Shown one piece after another: positions 13,494-26,000 of a stretch of 64,000 bases of DNA. The position numbers were made by a program, and so were the translations under genes. Numbering within the stretch: the stretch's first letter is position 1; every line of letters starts with the position of its first letter. Source of the stretch: Octopus sinensis (Eukaryota); NCBI RefSeq assembly GCF_006345805.1, contig NC_042997.1, positions 132,494,001-132,558,000 of the forward strand, written 5' to 3'. The notes under the pieces were generated by a model that saw only the letters and a list, made by a program, of their open reading frames with translations, was not told the origin of the DNA and made no database searches.

Positions 13494-13524
<31 letters not shown>

Positions 13525-13666
13525 TGTATGTATGTATGTATGTATGTATGTATGTATGTATGTATGTATGTGTGCATGTGTTTATTTCTCTGTATGTATA
13601 TATATGTATATGTATACATGCATACATATATATATATATACATACATACATACATATATAATATAT

Positions 13667-13697
<31 letters not shown>

Positions 13698-13869
13698 TAT
13701 ATCTCTTCCGTTGCTTCTCTTTCTTTTCTTTTCTCTCTTCTCTGTCACGTGACTGCTGGCCGAAATCTGCCTTTCAGCTTCTGACCAGCGTCGTGTTAAC
13801 ATCGTTGTTTTTCGTCCGCCGCTATAGGCATCGCCGATAAGGCTCCTTTCCTTGCGCCAGAGAAAAAAT

Positions 13870-14240
13870 TTGTTTGCTTGTTATCAGTCGTAAGACACTT
13901 GTTGTTGTTTTCATCGTTAATGCTTCTGTATTTCATGTTTCTGTATTCCATTATTTTTTTGTTTTTTTATATTCGTCCCTTTTGCTGTCCTGGTGTCCGT
14001 ATGCATTCGATCCTTCTTCCAGGAAATCTACGCTCCCAGCTTAGTTTTTCTAATGCTCGTTGCTTAGTTTTTCTTGGAGGGCTGGCCATGATCTAGTAAT
14101 CTCAAGATTAATCAGCCGAAATTACTACGATGATCCGGTTCTTGACTGAAGACTGAGGGTTTCGAATGTCCTGTCCGTGTTTATTGTGTCGTCTTCTAAG
14201 AGTTATACGTTCTTGTCCATGTTGTATTTTTCTACATACC

Positions 14241-14245
<5 letters not shown>
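13870..14245. repeat. Dispersed repeat, inverted homolog of 11355-11745
   Basis: Colinear similarity after reverse complementing. Confidence 0.65.
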
Positions 14246-14302
<57 letters not shown>

Positions 14303-14580
14303 TGCAGACACGTTGTATCGTTAGTAGGTCAGATAAATATATGGCAATGGTCACGACCGGATAGGTATAACACAAAGTCGTGATTTTAACGAACATTTAC
14401 ACAGAAAATACAAATATATTTAATAGTCTTTTTACGATCACGGATATTGAAACTGTAGAATATTTTCTTTGTTTCCATTTAAAGTTGTGCTTTTGAAGCA
14501 TCATTTGAGGCTATGATTAGAAAGTATACATTAATACACTCACAAACACATATATAGATATATTGTTTTTGTTGTTGTGA

Positions 14581-14785
14581 AGGCGACGAGCCGGCAGAAT
14601 CGTTAGCATGTCGGAAAAAATGGCTAGCGGTATATTGTCCGTTTTTATGTAATGGGTTCAAATTCTGCTGAGGTCGCGTTTACCTTTGAAACTTTCGGAT
14701 TCGATATATTAAATACTAGTAAAACACTGGTTTCGATTTATCACCTCTCCCAACACTTCAGACCTTGTGCCTATAGTAGAAAAAA
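14581..14785 (+). mobile_element. SINE family B, degenerate
   Basis: aggcgacgagccggcagaatcgttagc...gggttcaaattctgctgaggtcg. Confidence 0.7.
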
Positions 14786-14828
14786 TTATTATTATTATTA
14801 TTTTCATTTAAAAATAATATATATATAT

Positions 14829-15946
14829 AAACTTAGACTTAGATATGTTTCGACCAAAGATTGGTCCAGGCCATGTCTAACTTAATAGCACCACCTGATA
14901 GGATTATTCGAATCCTGTTTAAGGCAAGTTTTGTTTAAGTCAAGTTTTGTTCAAGTAGTGAGTTCTTGTTGGGTGAGTTGTATCAAGTTTTGTTCAAGTA
15001 ATGAGTTCTTATTGGGTGAGTTGTATCCAATTATGGGTGGCTTATCTGGTATTCTTTGAAGGAATCTATCCAGACTCCGTTTAAAGTTGATGGGATCCTT
15101 TTCCTCTTTGATCTCCCTCGGGACAATGTTAAATAGGGCAGGGCCTGTTGAGGAAAAGAAATTATGTTGCAGTGTACATGTATGTTGTGATCTTGAATTG
15201 GGCAGGGGTCGTATGGCCCGTGGTCCCAGTCTTGGATGAACCTTGAAGCTAATGTTAAGGTCGTTTGGGCAAAGTTGGCGGTATATTCTCCACATCGTAC
15301 AAATGATGTACCGCTCACGGCGACGCTGGAGGGAGTAAAGTTTCAAGGCTTTAAGGCGATCTCAATAATCGAGAGCGGCCATGCCTTCAATTTGTTTAGT
15401 GAGTGCCCTCTGGGGAGACTCAATTCTGGAGATGTTTTGTCTTGTATGGGGAGACCACAGTGGGCAGCAGTATTCAAGGTTTGGCCGTACAAGGGAGGAA
15501 AAAAGTGGTATGATGACACCTTGTTCTCTGGATCGGAAAGTTCTTAAGATCCAGGAACTCATCCTACGAGCTATATCGACCTTCTTGTTGATGTGTGCAC
15601 TCCAACTGAGATCGTCATCAACAATTACACCCAGGTTTCTGATATTGTTAGAGGCTGTGAGCGGTTCCCCTGATGGAAGAGAGTATGGTTGTTTTAGTGA
15701 GGAATTTCTTCCAAAATGCATCAGCTCAAATTTTCCCTCATTCAGTTGCATTTTGTTTCTGTCTGCCCATTGACTCACGGCATATAGATCAGACTGGAGT
15801 TGAGTTCGGTCTGCTTCTTCATTGACGATTTGCTGGAGCTTAGTGTCATCAGCAAATATTTTCACTTTGCAGTAATGTACGACACTGGAAAGGTCGTTTA
15901 TGTAAATTATGAAGAGTAGCGGACCCAAAACAGTCCCCTGGGGACC

Positions 15947-15948
<2 letters not shown>
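14829..15948 (-). pseudogene. 5'-truncated CR1/Jockey-group LINE (RT C-terminal half) with short (CTAAGT) tail, inserted in (TA)n
   Basis: ORFs 15362-15928 (GPLLFIIYINDL..FADDTK..LVRPNLEYCCPLWSP) and 14951-15346 (YSLQRRRERY) are frameshifted parts of one RT; begins with VPQGTVLG next to (TA)n. Confidence 0.9.
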
Positions 15949-15995
<47 letters not shown>

Positions 15996-16690
15996 CAGTA
16001 TTTTGCCTCGGTGTTTTATGTAATTAAACAAATTCAAATCATCTCGAATAAGTACTCTCAAAGTATATACTCTGTATATACTTTAAGAAAGGCTTTAGTT
16101 AGATGTCCAAAAAATTGCTTAACATGAATGTTTCACAGGCGTAGCCTGCTATAACTCGTCTGAGTTTCAAATCATGTCGAAGTAGTGATTTGACATACTG
16201 AGATTTAGTTTTTATAAGCGTCACTTATTTTGATGAATTTTGAGCAAATCATAAAAATTGTGGTTCTGCAGTTTGAAGTTGCCAAATTCTTTAGGTTTCA
16301 AACAGTTGTGGTGTTTATTCAATAAAGACAGGAGACTTCCATTACCTTTGATTGTTTATCTTCTTTAATCGAAATTTCAGTAACGTTTTGTAAATTAGTT
16401 CGATTATATCACTCTTGGTTTGTGAAATTTCCCTTTATACTTTTTTTCTTCTTTTAATCGAATGAGAAAACTTGTAATGAATTCACAGTAAGTATGTCTT
16501 ATTCTGAATTTTATTTATTCACTTTTACTATTAATACCAACTCATGTTTTACCATTTCTCTAAATCAGACCTCTTGCAGCTGCCGAAACGCCCATCTCTT
16601 CATCTTAACTGTCATCTCATTTTATTTAAAATGTTGCTGGTTCCAAAGTTCATTAATCTACGTCTATAATTTTTCTATTGAATTCTTGCT

Positions 16691-16744
<54 letters not shown>

Positions 16745-16746
<2 letters not shown>

Positions 16747-16915
16747 GGAGAATTCACAAAAGAAACAAAAGACAAAGACAAGTGGTGTAGACAACAAACA
16801 GATGTATTAGTTTAACGCACGGGAAGTGAAAACTTCTTTAACGTTTAGAGCATACGCTCTTCCACAGAAAGGAACACAGAAAGAAACAAGGAGAGAAAAC
16901 AAATGTGTGTAGTGG
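16745..16915 (-). mobile_element. Small repeat with hammerhead-like motif (CUGUGGA variant), homolog of 62985-63165
   Basis: Minus strand CTTT-ctgtgga-agagc gtat gctc-taaacgtt-AAAG; flanked by (TA)n. Confidence 0.6.
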
Positions 16916-16916
16916 C

Positions 16917-16949
<33 letters not shown>

Positions 16950-16964
16950 ATCTATATCTACATC

Positions 16965-16995
<31 letters not shown>

Positions 16996-17042
16996 TATAT
17001 ATATAATTTATATATATATATATATAATATATATATATATAC

Positions 17043-17100
<58 letters not shown>

Positions 17101-17112
17101 TATATATATACA

Positions 17113-17520
17113 TGGCTGTGTGGTAAGTAGCTTGCTAACCAACCACATGGTTCCGGGTTCAGTCCTACTGCGTGGCATCTTGGGCAAGTGTCTTCTGCTA
17201 TAGCCCCGGGCCGACCAATGCCTTGTGAGTGGATTTGGTAGACGGAAACTGAAAGTAGCCTGTCGTATATATGTATATATATATATATAAGTGTATGTGT
17301 ATATGTTTGTGTGTGTGTGTGTGTTTGTCCCCTAGCATTGCTTGACAACCGATGCTGGTGTGTTTACGTTCCCGTCACTTAGCGGTTCGGCAAAAGAGAC
17401 CGATAGAATAAGTACTGGGCTTACAAAGAATAAGTCCCGGAATCGATTTGCTCGACTAAAGGCGGTGCTCCAGCATGGCCGCAGTCAAATGACTGAAGCA
17501 AGTAAAAGAGTAAAAGAGTA
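17113..17520 (+). mobile_element. SINE family A, near full length
   Basis: Head tggctgtgtggtaag..gggttcagtcc, central microsatellite, tail ggcggtgctccagcatggccgcagtcaaatgactgaa. Confidence 0.9.
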
Positions 17521-18000
17521 TATATATATATATATGTTTTAATTCAAGAAAGTTAGAGGTTGTGAATCCAACCAACTAAGGGATAATATCTATCCAATAT
17601 ACTGCTGGTAGAATACCCAATCATTAATACACAAGTGACTTTTATTGCATTGCAATTACATTACCGAGTGTACTAAATGGGTGAGGGTAAAGAGTTATTT
17701 TACCATCAAATTGTAGAGCAATAAGAAAATGGAGGAGATCAATAGGTGGTTCATCAACTTTTAGACATTATATTATGGCAATTTATTTATTTATTTACTA
17801 AAATGACAAATATAACAATATACATACATGTATAACATATTATGTAAAGCATATGTTATATAAGTATGTATATTCTTGTAATTGTCAGTTTAGTAAATAA
17901 TTAAATAAGTTGACATAATATAATGTCTAAAAGTTGATGAACCACCTATTGATCCCCTCCATTTTCTTATTGCTCTCTCTCTATCTCTCTCTCTCTCTCC

Positions 18001-18059
<59 letters not shown>

Positions 18060-18104
18060 GTGTGTGTGTGTGTGTATCTATGCTTAAATTTATATACTCG
18101 GTAT

Positions 18105-18586
18105 CGAAAAGGTCAAAATCCCTAGTGCGTACTATATACGAGGTTACAAATGAAAAATATTTTCTAAGCAATGTCTGAGTCAAAATTTTCTGTCCGGCAA
18201 TGTTTATTCAGACGCATTTTGTGATGTCGGGCGCGAAAATAACTTAAGCTAAGCATGAAAGCAATGAAATCATAAAAGAATCATCTATAACTTGCAGTAA
18301 GCAACATTTATTAAAGTAAAAGTATTCAGAACACAGAATAACATATAACAAAAACAATTTGCAAACATATTTACATTCCCATATAATAGTTAAGAACATC
18401 ACCATTATTGTATTGCGCATGCACGGAAGTGTTTGTTCGACTAGGTACTGCTGGCTTAATTACGCACGACTCGAGTTAGAGAAGGGGTGCGTTTTATACA
18501 CAAGGCTTAGGTTTTTCAGAGGTACAGCCCCCTAAAAATCCCCTGCGTATTATACTCAAAGGCGGACTATACTCGAGGATTTGCGG
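18105..18586. mobile_element. pogo/Tigger-type MITE, left TIR missing; homolog of 49609-50021
   Basis: Colinear with 49609-50021; ends tatactcgaggatttgcgg-TA. Confidence 0.8.
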
Positions 18587-18609
18587 TATATACATACATA
18601 TGTACGTAA

Positions 18610-19625
18610 TTATTCAGTTTTATTTTAAGATTTCTTGCTAAGAGAGAAAGAGCCGGTTTCTAACCTGGATCTCAGGTTCCTTCATTGAAATTTCAACAAT
18701 ATCAACAGGGTATTTTTGTATGTATGTATATGTGCAGATTTGTATGTTTTGTTTTCTGCATGCATTCTCATGCATATAGTTGCATGTCTAGACATGCTCA
18801 TATATACTTAATGGAGAAACTGTTGGAAAGTTTTACAAATTTTCACAATTCCACTGATGACTTGGATCTGTAGTCTTTAAATCAGCTTTCTCCTTTCTGG
18901 TTCTGAGGAGCCTAATTTCTCAAGTTTGGCATTTAGGCAGGGCCCAAATAATTACAGGTATGAATTTGAACTTGTAATCTGAGCAGGGTAACCGTAGATT
19001 TCTCAGTAATTCAGCTAAGGTATTTTCTTTTACTCTGATGTACATATCTGCTGGGCAACTGATTTCTTCAGCAGTACAGAATTTCTCTTCTCTATCCCAA
19101 TTAACCATGTCAGGTCTAATATATTTACATTTTATTGAAGTTATCACTTGGACATTCCACCAGCATTCCTTTTTATTATGAGTGACTATGGCTTCTACCA
19201 TACTGTGAGTTCTTATTTCTTTGTCCTTGGTATTATCCTTCCGATGGATTTCATTATACAATGTCCAAGCAACAATATCATGTTTCATCGGTAGATAATA
19301 CCCTGATGACATTCTCGGACAACTGCTTATGCTGCGGTTGATATCTTCAGTTTGAACACCACAAAGTTTGCATCGGTTATCACATTTTGCTGTTTTTCTT
19401 GCATCTCTCTCCCTTCTTTTGCATCTGGTACTTGGTTGATATTTCCTGTCCCTAGATTGCAAACGCATACCCTTCAAAATGGGAGGTAGTAATCCGGTTG
19501 TTGGTCCATGATAGATTGCTTTGATAATCAATGTTACTATGATTCCGGTGCTTTTTATTAAGATATCTATGCCTAGTCTTCTGCTGTTATGCGCTCATGT
19601 TTACACCTGATGAGATGTTGCGGTA
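18610..19625 (-). pseudogene. R4/Dong-like element 3' part (CCHC knuckle + restriction-like endonuclease)
   Basis: ORF 18920-19531: CKLCGVQTEDINRSISSCPRMSSGYYLPMKHDIVA...RPDMVNWDREEKFC..EISCPAD...FIPVIIWAL; 3' UTR shared with 19925-22905 and 51608-52260. Confidence 0.8.
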
Positions 19626-19764
19626 GAATGGTACGACTTCTTTGGGCATGTACTTAGGATTTTCAGACAAGGAATGCTGCTCAATGAACTGCTTTTCAAT
19701 TGTTATGTTGTTACCAACCTCATGTAGGCAAATTATATGTATGTATATATGTATGCTGGCCAGT

Positions 19765-19886
19765 TCGCTTAGCCAGCGGGGTGGCGTCATTTGAAGGCTA
19801 AAACAATGCGAAGCTCATTGTGACCAGCGATGTGTAGCAACATCTGATAGCCTGGTCGGTGACGGTGATCACGGTAATCACGGTGA
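19765..19886 (+). mobile_element. Short SINE-like repeat tail
   Basis: ggcgtcatttgaaggctaaaacaatgcgaagc..cctggtcggtgacggtgatcacggt ends in short tandem repeats; assignment from recollection. Confidence 0.4.
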
Positions 19887-19924
19887 TGTATGTATGTATG
19901 TATGTATGTATGTATGTATGTGTG

Positions 19925-22905
19925 TGCATGCGTGTGTTTTATTTCAAGATTTTTTGCCAATAGAGAAAATGTAAGTTCATTGCAATTGCACGCGAATAAC
20001 GTTGGTTTTGGTTTTGATCGCTTATAAACATTATATACACTTATAAACATTATATACACTTATAAACATTTTCGTATTTTTTCCTTGCTGCGGTTTCTCT
20101 CCTTGCTGCATCGTTTACTTTCTTGTTAGAAAGAGATTCTTCATTTCTCAAGACACTGAGAAATGACCTTTCTCAAATTTAAACGACCTTTCTGATATTA
20201 AATCTTCATTTCAGCAATTACCGAAAAGGTCTGTTGTAAATGCTATTCCTTTGCCTACCTTATTTAATTAACGACAAAATTTCAAATTTCTAAGCTTTAC
20301 AGCAAAATGTCCTTGCACTGTAATATCCGTACGGCGATGTTGTCTTACGGCGAATAGTCCTACGGATAATTGTCCTACGGATAATTGTCCTACGGCGAAT
20401 TTGCTTGCAGCAGGTTGTCCGATCACCAATTTCAACATCAACAACAGGGTATTTTTGCTTGCATGTATTTATGTATGTATGTATGCGTGCATGTATGTAT
20501 GTATGTATGTATGTATATGTGCAGATTTGTATGTTTTGCTTTATATATGAATTCTCAAGCACATACTTACATATCTAGACATGCTCATATATATTTACAT
20601 GATAAACTTATGGGAACTTTTAGAGATTTTTACAGTTCCAGTGAGGGATTGGAGCTGTAGTCTTCGAATTAGCTTTCTCCTCTCTGGGTTTGAGAAGCCT
20701 AATTTCTCAAGATTGGTATTTAGGCAGTGTCCCAGCGCCCCAATAATTGCAGGTATAAACCTGAACTTGTAATCTGGATATTGTAACTACAGACTTCTCA
20801 ATAGTTCAGCATAGGTCTTCTCTTTTTCACTGATCTTCAGTTATTATGTTAACATCCGCTGGGCAGTTAATTTCCACAACTGTACACAGTTTCACTTCTC
20901 ATACCAAATCATTATATTAGGTCTGTTGTACTTATATTTTATTGAGGTCTTCACTGGGACATTCCTCCAGTACTCCTTTTTATTATGAATAGCTATGGCT
21001 TCTACCATATTGTTGGGTCTTATCTCTTTGTCCTCGGTATTATCCTTCCGACGGATTTCATTACAGTGTATCCTAGCTACAATATCATGTCTCATCGATA
21101 GATAATACCGCGATGACATTTTCGAACAACTGCTTATGATGTGGCTGATATCTTCAGTGTGAACTCCACAAAGTTTGCATCATTTGTTACATTTTACTGC
21201 TTTTCCTGCATCTCTGTCCCTTTTGTGCATCAGGTACTTGGTTGATATTTCCTGTTCCTGGGTTGCAAACGCATACCTTTTAAAGTGGGAGGTAATAATC
21301 CGGCTATTGGTCCATGATAAACTGTTTTGATGATCGATGTTACCATCATCACGGACCTTTCTACTAACATATCCATGCATAGTCTTCTGCTGTTATACGC
21401 TCATACTTTCATCTGATGGTATGTTACGGTAGGATCATGCGACTTCTTTCGGCATGTGTTCCAGGATATCAGACAAAGAATAGTGCTCAAGGAGCTGCCT
21501 TCCAAGTCTCATGGTGTTATCAGCCTCTTGTATGCAAACTTGGTCAAGGGATGCACTTGGTGGTTAGAAGATGTTGCCGAAGGGATATGATACGACATTC
21601 AAAGTACTGACACTGCAAACACATTGTGGGCTACTGTTTTATTGAAAGCAGAGTGTTCTGGGGTCCAAATTTTCTTTATTCGGCTGTAACATTCTTCAAT
21701 GATACGTGTTTTGCTACAGCTGCCATTGTAAAATACGTTTTTATCCACCCTAGATACGTGTAACATTCTTCGGCAAACAACGAAATCATTGATGGAAATG
21801 TTACTATTCTAGTTTATAGTTTTTCCCCCTTTTCACAATCATATAACAACACTTATCCTGACCAAACTCCAACCCTACATCTTTTGAGAATATTGTAACT
21901 AGGTCAACGCTCTTTTTCATCTCATGCATATTCTTTGCATAATGTTTTAAATCATTCACAAAGAAACAGTGTAACTTTGTTATTTCTGCTTCCTTGTGAA
22001 CAGGTGAGATATCCTTCAGACTTCCTTAACATGAATTACAAGGGGTTTACAGACAGTACAAAAAACATTACAGAGATACTATCCTCTTGGAATATGTCTT
22101 TGCGATATTGTATTCTATCAGTGATAATACAGTCACCCTTTGTGTTGAATTTCAAGATGGTGGTCTACGATGAAATCAGGGCAGCTATGGCTTTAATTAT
22201 GCTTACTGGAACTTTAGAAAGTTGAATGGTTTCTAGCATCTATGAGTGGGGAATAGAGTCGAAGGCTTTCTTGAGTCTAGCCACATTGGAACTAGGTTCC
22301 TCCTATGCTCTACACCTCTGACATCTCAGTTTTGTTGATTAACAATTGCACGGCACATTTACAGACTCCCTTCTTCCCAACTGCTTCTTCTGCTGTGATA
22401 ATATTATTGGTTTCACAATGGTTCTTGAGGAAGAGATTTAAACATGCTGTAATGTATCTTATACATTAACTTCTGACATGCAATTAACCGGTAGATTTTG
22501 CAATGCGGGTGGTTCTGCATTTGGAGATCAATTTTGTCTCTGCCAAAGCTAACCAGTGTCGTATGCTACTGTTTCCAATGAGAACTTGATGGTACAGATT
22601 GATGAGATATGGTCGGTAGAATTTTAGCTTCTTGTACCAATATCCAACCATCTAGTCTCTTCCAGGTACTCTTCTACCCTGGAGCTTCTAGATCACAGCT
22701 GAAACAGTTTCACCATCAATGTTGTATGTCTTGGATGTAACGCAGGAGCAATATCTTCTTCGGATCTCTTCTATCCACAGAGCATCCTGGTTAAACACCT
22801 CTTCACTCCAGATTTTCCTCAAGAAAGAGTCTATGTCTTCTCGTGAAGGAGCTTCTGTGATATTCACTGCCTCTCCTGTCATGTCTCTGCATACTGCTCC
22901 CTGCA
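19925..22905 (-). pseudogene. Long decayed R4/Dong-like non-LTR retrotransposon (RT to RLE), 3' UTR interrupted by an insert
   Basis: Minus-strand fragments WLD..KKAFDSIPHS, QLLINKT, MSSRYYLSMRHDIVARIHCNEI...YNRPNIMIW; many stops and frameshifts. Confidence 0.8.
20326..20402. repeat. Five ~15-bp tandem repeats (tgtcctacggataat-like)
   Basis: Directly visible. Confidence 0.85.
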
Positions 22906-23070
22906 AATACACGCACGCATTCACACAAACACATACTCACACATATAAACTCATTCATACTTACACACACAGACATATGTATGCATTCATACATACATAT
23001 ATATATATATTATAATATATATATTATATATATATATATATAATATATATATATATATACATATATATAT

Positions 23071-26000
23071 TTCAACAATTGAGGGTAAAATTAATTAATT
23101 ATTAATCAATTTCACCAAGTATTCAGTATGTAAAGGGACCATTATAGGCGAATTCAAAATATTACATTATATATAAGGGCTTAGTAAAATAAATTACTTT
23201 GCCACATACTGAACTCATTAGAAATAGCAGCTAAAGAAATTTCTTCAGCTATTTCTAATACTTAAAGAAGATCTCTCTCAGATAGTGTTTGCATAAACCA
23301 CTCACAAAAGTATGGGGGAAAAAACATTAAAAAATCAAGTGCAAAGTTATTTGAGAACGTACGTTTCTAGATTAGTCAATTCGACATTTCTTTCTTCAGC
23401 TCAGAATTCCTTGAATCGGATTTGGGAACACTGAAAGTCGGGAGCATACCCTTTCGGCTTCTAATCACCTCTAGAATTCTGCTCGAACTAAAAGTGCTAT
23501 CAAATTCGAATATGCAAGCGAAGAATTTCTGCTCTCCCCTTTCCACCAGCGTGGGTTAAAATTGACAAACACCATGTATTAACGGTGAAAACCGCAGCAT
23601 TTAGCAGAGAGAGATGAATTATAATTTCAACATTGAGGGTAAAATAATTAATTATTAATCAATTTCACACCAAGTATTCAGTATGTAAAGGGACCATTAT
23701 AGGCGAATTCAAAATATTACATTATATATAAGGGCTTAGTAAAATAAATTACTTTGCCACATACTGAACTCATTAGAAATAGCAGCTAAAGAAATTTCTT
23801 CAGCTATTTCTAATACTTAAAGAAGATCTCTCTCAGATAGTGTTTGCCTAAACCAACTCACAAAAGTATGGGGGAAAAAACATTAAAAAATCAAGTGCAA
23901 AGGTTATTTGAGAACGTACGTTTCTAGATTAGTCAATTCGACATTTCTTTCTTCAGCTCAGAATTCCTTGAATCGGATTTGGGAACACTGAAAGTCGGGA
24001 GCATACCCTTTCGGCTTCTAATCACCTCTAGAATTCTGCTCGAACTAAAAGTGCTATCAAATTCGAATATGCAAGCGAAGAATTTCTGCTCTCCCCTTTC
24101 CACCAGCGTGGTTTAAATTGACAAACACCATGTATTAACGGTGAAAACCGCAGCATTTAGCAGAGAGAGATGAATTATAATTTCAACATTGAGGGTAAAA
24201 TTAATTATTATTAATCAATTTCACCAAGTATTCAGTATGTAAAGGGACCATTATAGGCGAATTCAAAATATTACATTATATATAAGGGCTTAGTAAAATA
24301 AATTACTTTGCCACATACTGAACTCATTAGAAATAGCAGCTAAAGAAATTTCTTCAGCTATTTCTAATACTTAAAGAAGATCTCTCTCAGATAGTGTTTG
24401 CCTAAACCAACTCACAAAAGTATGGGGGAAAAAACATTAAAAAATCAAGTGCAAAGGTTATTTGAGAACGTACGTTTCTAGATTAGTCAATTCGACATTT
24501 CTTTCTCAGCTCAGAATTCCTTGAATCGGATTTGGGAACACTGAAAGTCGGGAGCATACCCTTTCGGCTTCTAATCACCTCTAGAATTCTGCTCGAACTA
24601 AAAGTGCTATCAAATTCGAATATGCAAGCGAAGAATTTCTGCTCTCTCCTTTCCACCAGCGTGGTTAAAATTGACAAACACCATGTATTAACGGCGAAAA
24701 CCGCAGCATTTAGCAGAGAGAGATGAATTATAATTTCAACAATTGAGGGTAAAATTAATTAATTATTAATCAATTTCACCAAGTATTCAGTATGTAAAGG
24801 GACCATTATAGGCGAATTCAAAATATTACATTATATATAAGGGCTTAGTAAAATAAATTACTTTGCCACATACTGAACTCATTAGAAATAGCAGCTAAAG
24901 AAATTTCTTCAGCTATTTCTAATACTTAAAGAAGATCTCTCTCACATGGTGTTTGCCTAAACCAACTCACAAAAGTATGGGGGAAAAAACATTAAAAAAA
25001 TCAAGTGCAAAGGTTATTTGAGAACGTACGTTTCTAGATTAGTCAATTCGACATTTCTTTCTTCAGCTCAGAATTCCTTGAATCGGATTTGGGAACACTG
25101 AAAGTCGGGAGCATACCCTTTCGGCTTCTAATCACCTCTAGAATTCTGCTCGAACTAAAAGTGCTATCAAATTCGAATATGCAAGCGAAGAATTTCTGCT
25201 CTCCCTCTTTCCTTTCCACCAGCGTGGGTTAAAATTGACAAACACCATGTATTAATGGTGAAAACCGCAGCATTTAGCAGAGAGGATGAATTATAATTTC
25301 AACAATTGAGGGTAAAATTAATTAATTATTAATCAATTTCACCAAGTATTCAGTATGTAAAGGGACCATTATAGGCGAATTCAAAATATTACATTATATA
25401 TAGGGCTTAGTAAAATAAATTTCTTTGCCACATACTGAACTCATTAGAAATAGCAGCTAAAGAAATTTCTTCAGCTATTTCTAATACTTAAAGAAGATCT
25501 CTCTCAGATAGTGTTTGCCTAAACCAACTCACAAAAGTATGGGGGAAAAAACATTAAAAAATCAAGTGCAAAGGTTATTTGAGAACGTACGTTTCTAGAT
25601 TAGTCAATTCGACATTTCTTTCTTCAGCTCAGAATTCCTTGAATCGGATTTGGGAACACTGAAAGTCGGGAGCATACCCTTTCGGCTTCTAATCACCTCT
25701 AGAATTCTGCTCGAACTAAAAGTGCTATCAAATTCGAATATGCAAACGAAGAATTTCTGCTCTCCCCTTTCCACCAGCGTGGGTTAAAATTGACAAGCAC
25801 CAGTATTAACGGTGAAAACCGCAGCATTTAGCAGAGAGAGATGAATATAATTTCAACAATTGAGGGTAAAATTAATTAATTATTAATCAATTCACCAAGT
25901 TTTCAGTATGTAAGGGACCATTATAGGCGAATTCAAAAATTACCTTATATATAAGGTCTTAGTAAAATAAATTACTTTGCCACATACTGAACTCATTAGA

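Noticed and set aside
14150-14190. ctgaagactgagggtttcgaatgtc as a hammerhead
   Set aside because: GAAA is replaced by GAAT and stem I partners do not pair.
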